Shown here piece by piece: positions 63,069 to 64,000 of a DNA stretch of 64,000 nucleotides. A program made the position numbers and the translations under genes. Positions within the stretch are counted from its first letter, which is position 1; each line of letters starts with the position of its first letter. Source of the DNA: Candidatus Bathyarchaeota archaeon (lineage in GTDB: Archaea; Thermoproteota; CALKCG01; B24); contig JAGTQM010000005.1 in the NCBI GenBank assembly GCA_018396755.1, forward strand, positions 23,620 to 87,619, in the 5' to 3' direction. The notes beneath the pieces were generated by a model. It saw nothing but the letters and a program-made list of their open reading frames with translations. It was not told where the DNA came from and did no database searches.

Positions 63069-64000
63069 TTGGGCATTCAATCCTTAATTGAAGGTTGTTC
63101 ACCGTTTCTAACTGGTAAACGCATAGGGGTTGTTTCAAACCATACTGGTGTCACACCTGAATTAGAGCATCTGGTAGATGTGCTTTATTTCAAGCTTCAC
63201 TTAGACGTCAGAGCGATTTTTGCTCCAGAACACGGTTTTAGAGGAGATATGCCTGAGGGCTTTTCAGTAGAGAGCTATGTGGATGAGAGGACGCAGCTTC
63301 CAGTCCACAGCCTATACGGGGCTAGGTTAAAGCCTTCCAAAGAAATCCTGAGCGAAATAGATGCGTTGATTTACGATGTTCAAGACGTTGGAGCCCGCTT
63401 CTACACGTATATTTCAACTCTCTTCTACGTCTTAGAGGCTGCTGGGGAAACGGGCGTAGAAGTGATTCTGTTAGATAGACCAAACCCCATAACAGGGGTC
63501 CACATAGAAGGTCCGATTCTTGATAAGAGGTATAGGTCGTTCGTCGGCATATGGGAGATTCCAATCAGGCATGGAATGACCGTGGGAGAGCTGGCTCTAA
63601 TGTTTAATGAAGAAGCTGGATTAAACGCAAACTTGAAAGTGTATAGGATGATCGGGTGGAGTCGTGGAATGTGGTTTGACGAAACTGGTCTTCCATGGAT
63701 TCCCCCGTCGCCCAACATGCCGTGTTTAACTACGGCGACTGTTTATCCTGGAATCTGCCTGTTAGAAGGGACTAATATATCCGAAGGCAGGGGTACGACG
63801 AAACCCTTTGAACTCGTAGGTGCTCCGTGGATAGACAGCTACAAGTTAGTTGAGGAGTTGAAAAGCCTACCTCTTAGAGGTGTTAAGTTTAGACCGTCTA
63901 CATTCATACCTAGATATCGCAAGTATGAAGGCCAATTATGTCATGGATTGCAAATACACGTTACCGATAGAAATGCACTAGAGCCTGTTAAACTCGGATT
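63069..64000 (+). CDS. DUF1343-family protein (NamZ-like exo-beta-N-acetylmuramidase), 3' end outside the window
   Basis: This ORF runs to the window end, so it is absent from the track. It reads LTGKRIGVVSNHTGV...IFAPEHGFRGD...DVQDVGARFYTYISTL...LDRPNP..G..IEGP...FVG...PIRHGMTVGELA. The start is uncertain (TTG 63069 or nearby). Confidence 0.8.
   Translation, partial: MGIQSLIEGCSPFLTGKRIGVVSNHTGVTPELEHLVDVLYFKLHLDVRAIFAPEHGFRGDMPEGFSVESYVDERTQLPVHSLYGARLKPSKEILSEIDALIYDVQDVGARFYTYISTLFYVLEAAGETGVEVILLDRPNPITGVHIEGPILDKRYRSFVGIWEIPIRHGMTVGELALMFNEEAGLNANLKVYRMIGWSRGMWFDETGLPWIPPSPNMPCLTTATVYPGICLLEGTNISEGRGTTKPFELVGAPWIDSYKLVEELKSLPLRGVKFRPSTFIPRYRKYEGQLCHGLQIHVTDRNALEPVKLG

Overview
This window looks like an archaeal chromosome segment, most consistent with a thermophilic Thermoproteota/TACK-type organism. 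The inference rests on GC-rich tRNA genes in a more AT-rich background, three of six tRNAs carrying bulge-helix-bulge (BHB) introns (one in the D-arm), a PaREP1-family gene, and adjacent RFC small and large clamp-loader genes. About 60 protein genes are supportable. Housekeeping genes include HflX, an MtnA/aIF-2BI isomerase, RtcA, an A24 peptidase, a cysteine-synthase-like PLP enzyme, desulfoferrodoxin plus rubrerythrin, TatD, RFC-L and RFC-S, a 2-hydroxyacid dehydrogenase and an HMGL-family synthase. Accessory content includes: (1) a glycoside-utilisation island at 5.1-21.2 kb (GH3, ThuA-like, three xylose-isomerase-like TIM barrels, two Gfo/Idh/MocA oxidoreductases, DUF4838); (2) a MurNAc salvage cluster (MurQ, BadF-type kinase, DUF1343/NamZ-like); (3) VapBC and HEPN-MNT modules; (4) an ABC-2 exporter; (5) several decayed genes. 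Main results of the hunt: (a) the mtnA-type gene is split by a 19-nt insert that folds into a BHB splice motif, and removing it restores the conserved THC|NAG motif, so it is a candidate mRNA intron. (b) RFC-S carries two inteins, one LAGLIDADG-type and one with a Vsr-like endonuclease core. (c) A translationally coupled SplB-like radical SAM and atypical PP-loop gene pair has no pathway I can name. (d) tRNA-Glu has a non-canonical intron, a degenerate 5' pseudo-copy, and a 3'-end duplicate 1.85 kb downstream that looks like an integration scar. No CRISPR array and no rRNA were seen. All protein calls come from motif recognition by eye; no database search was run.
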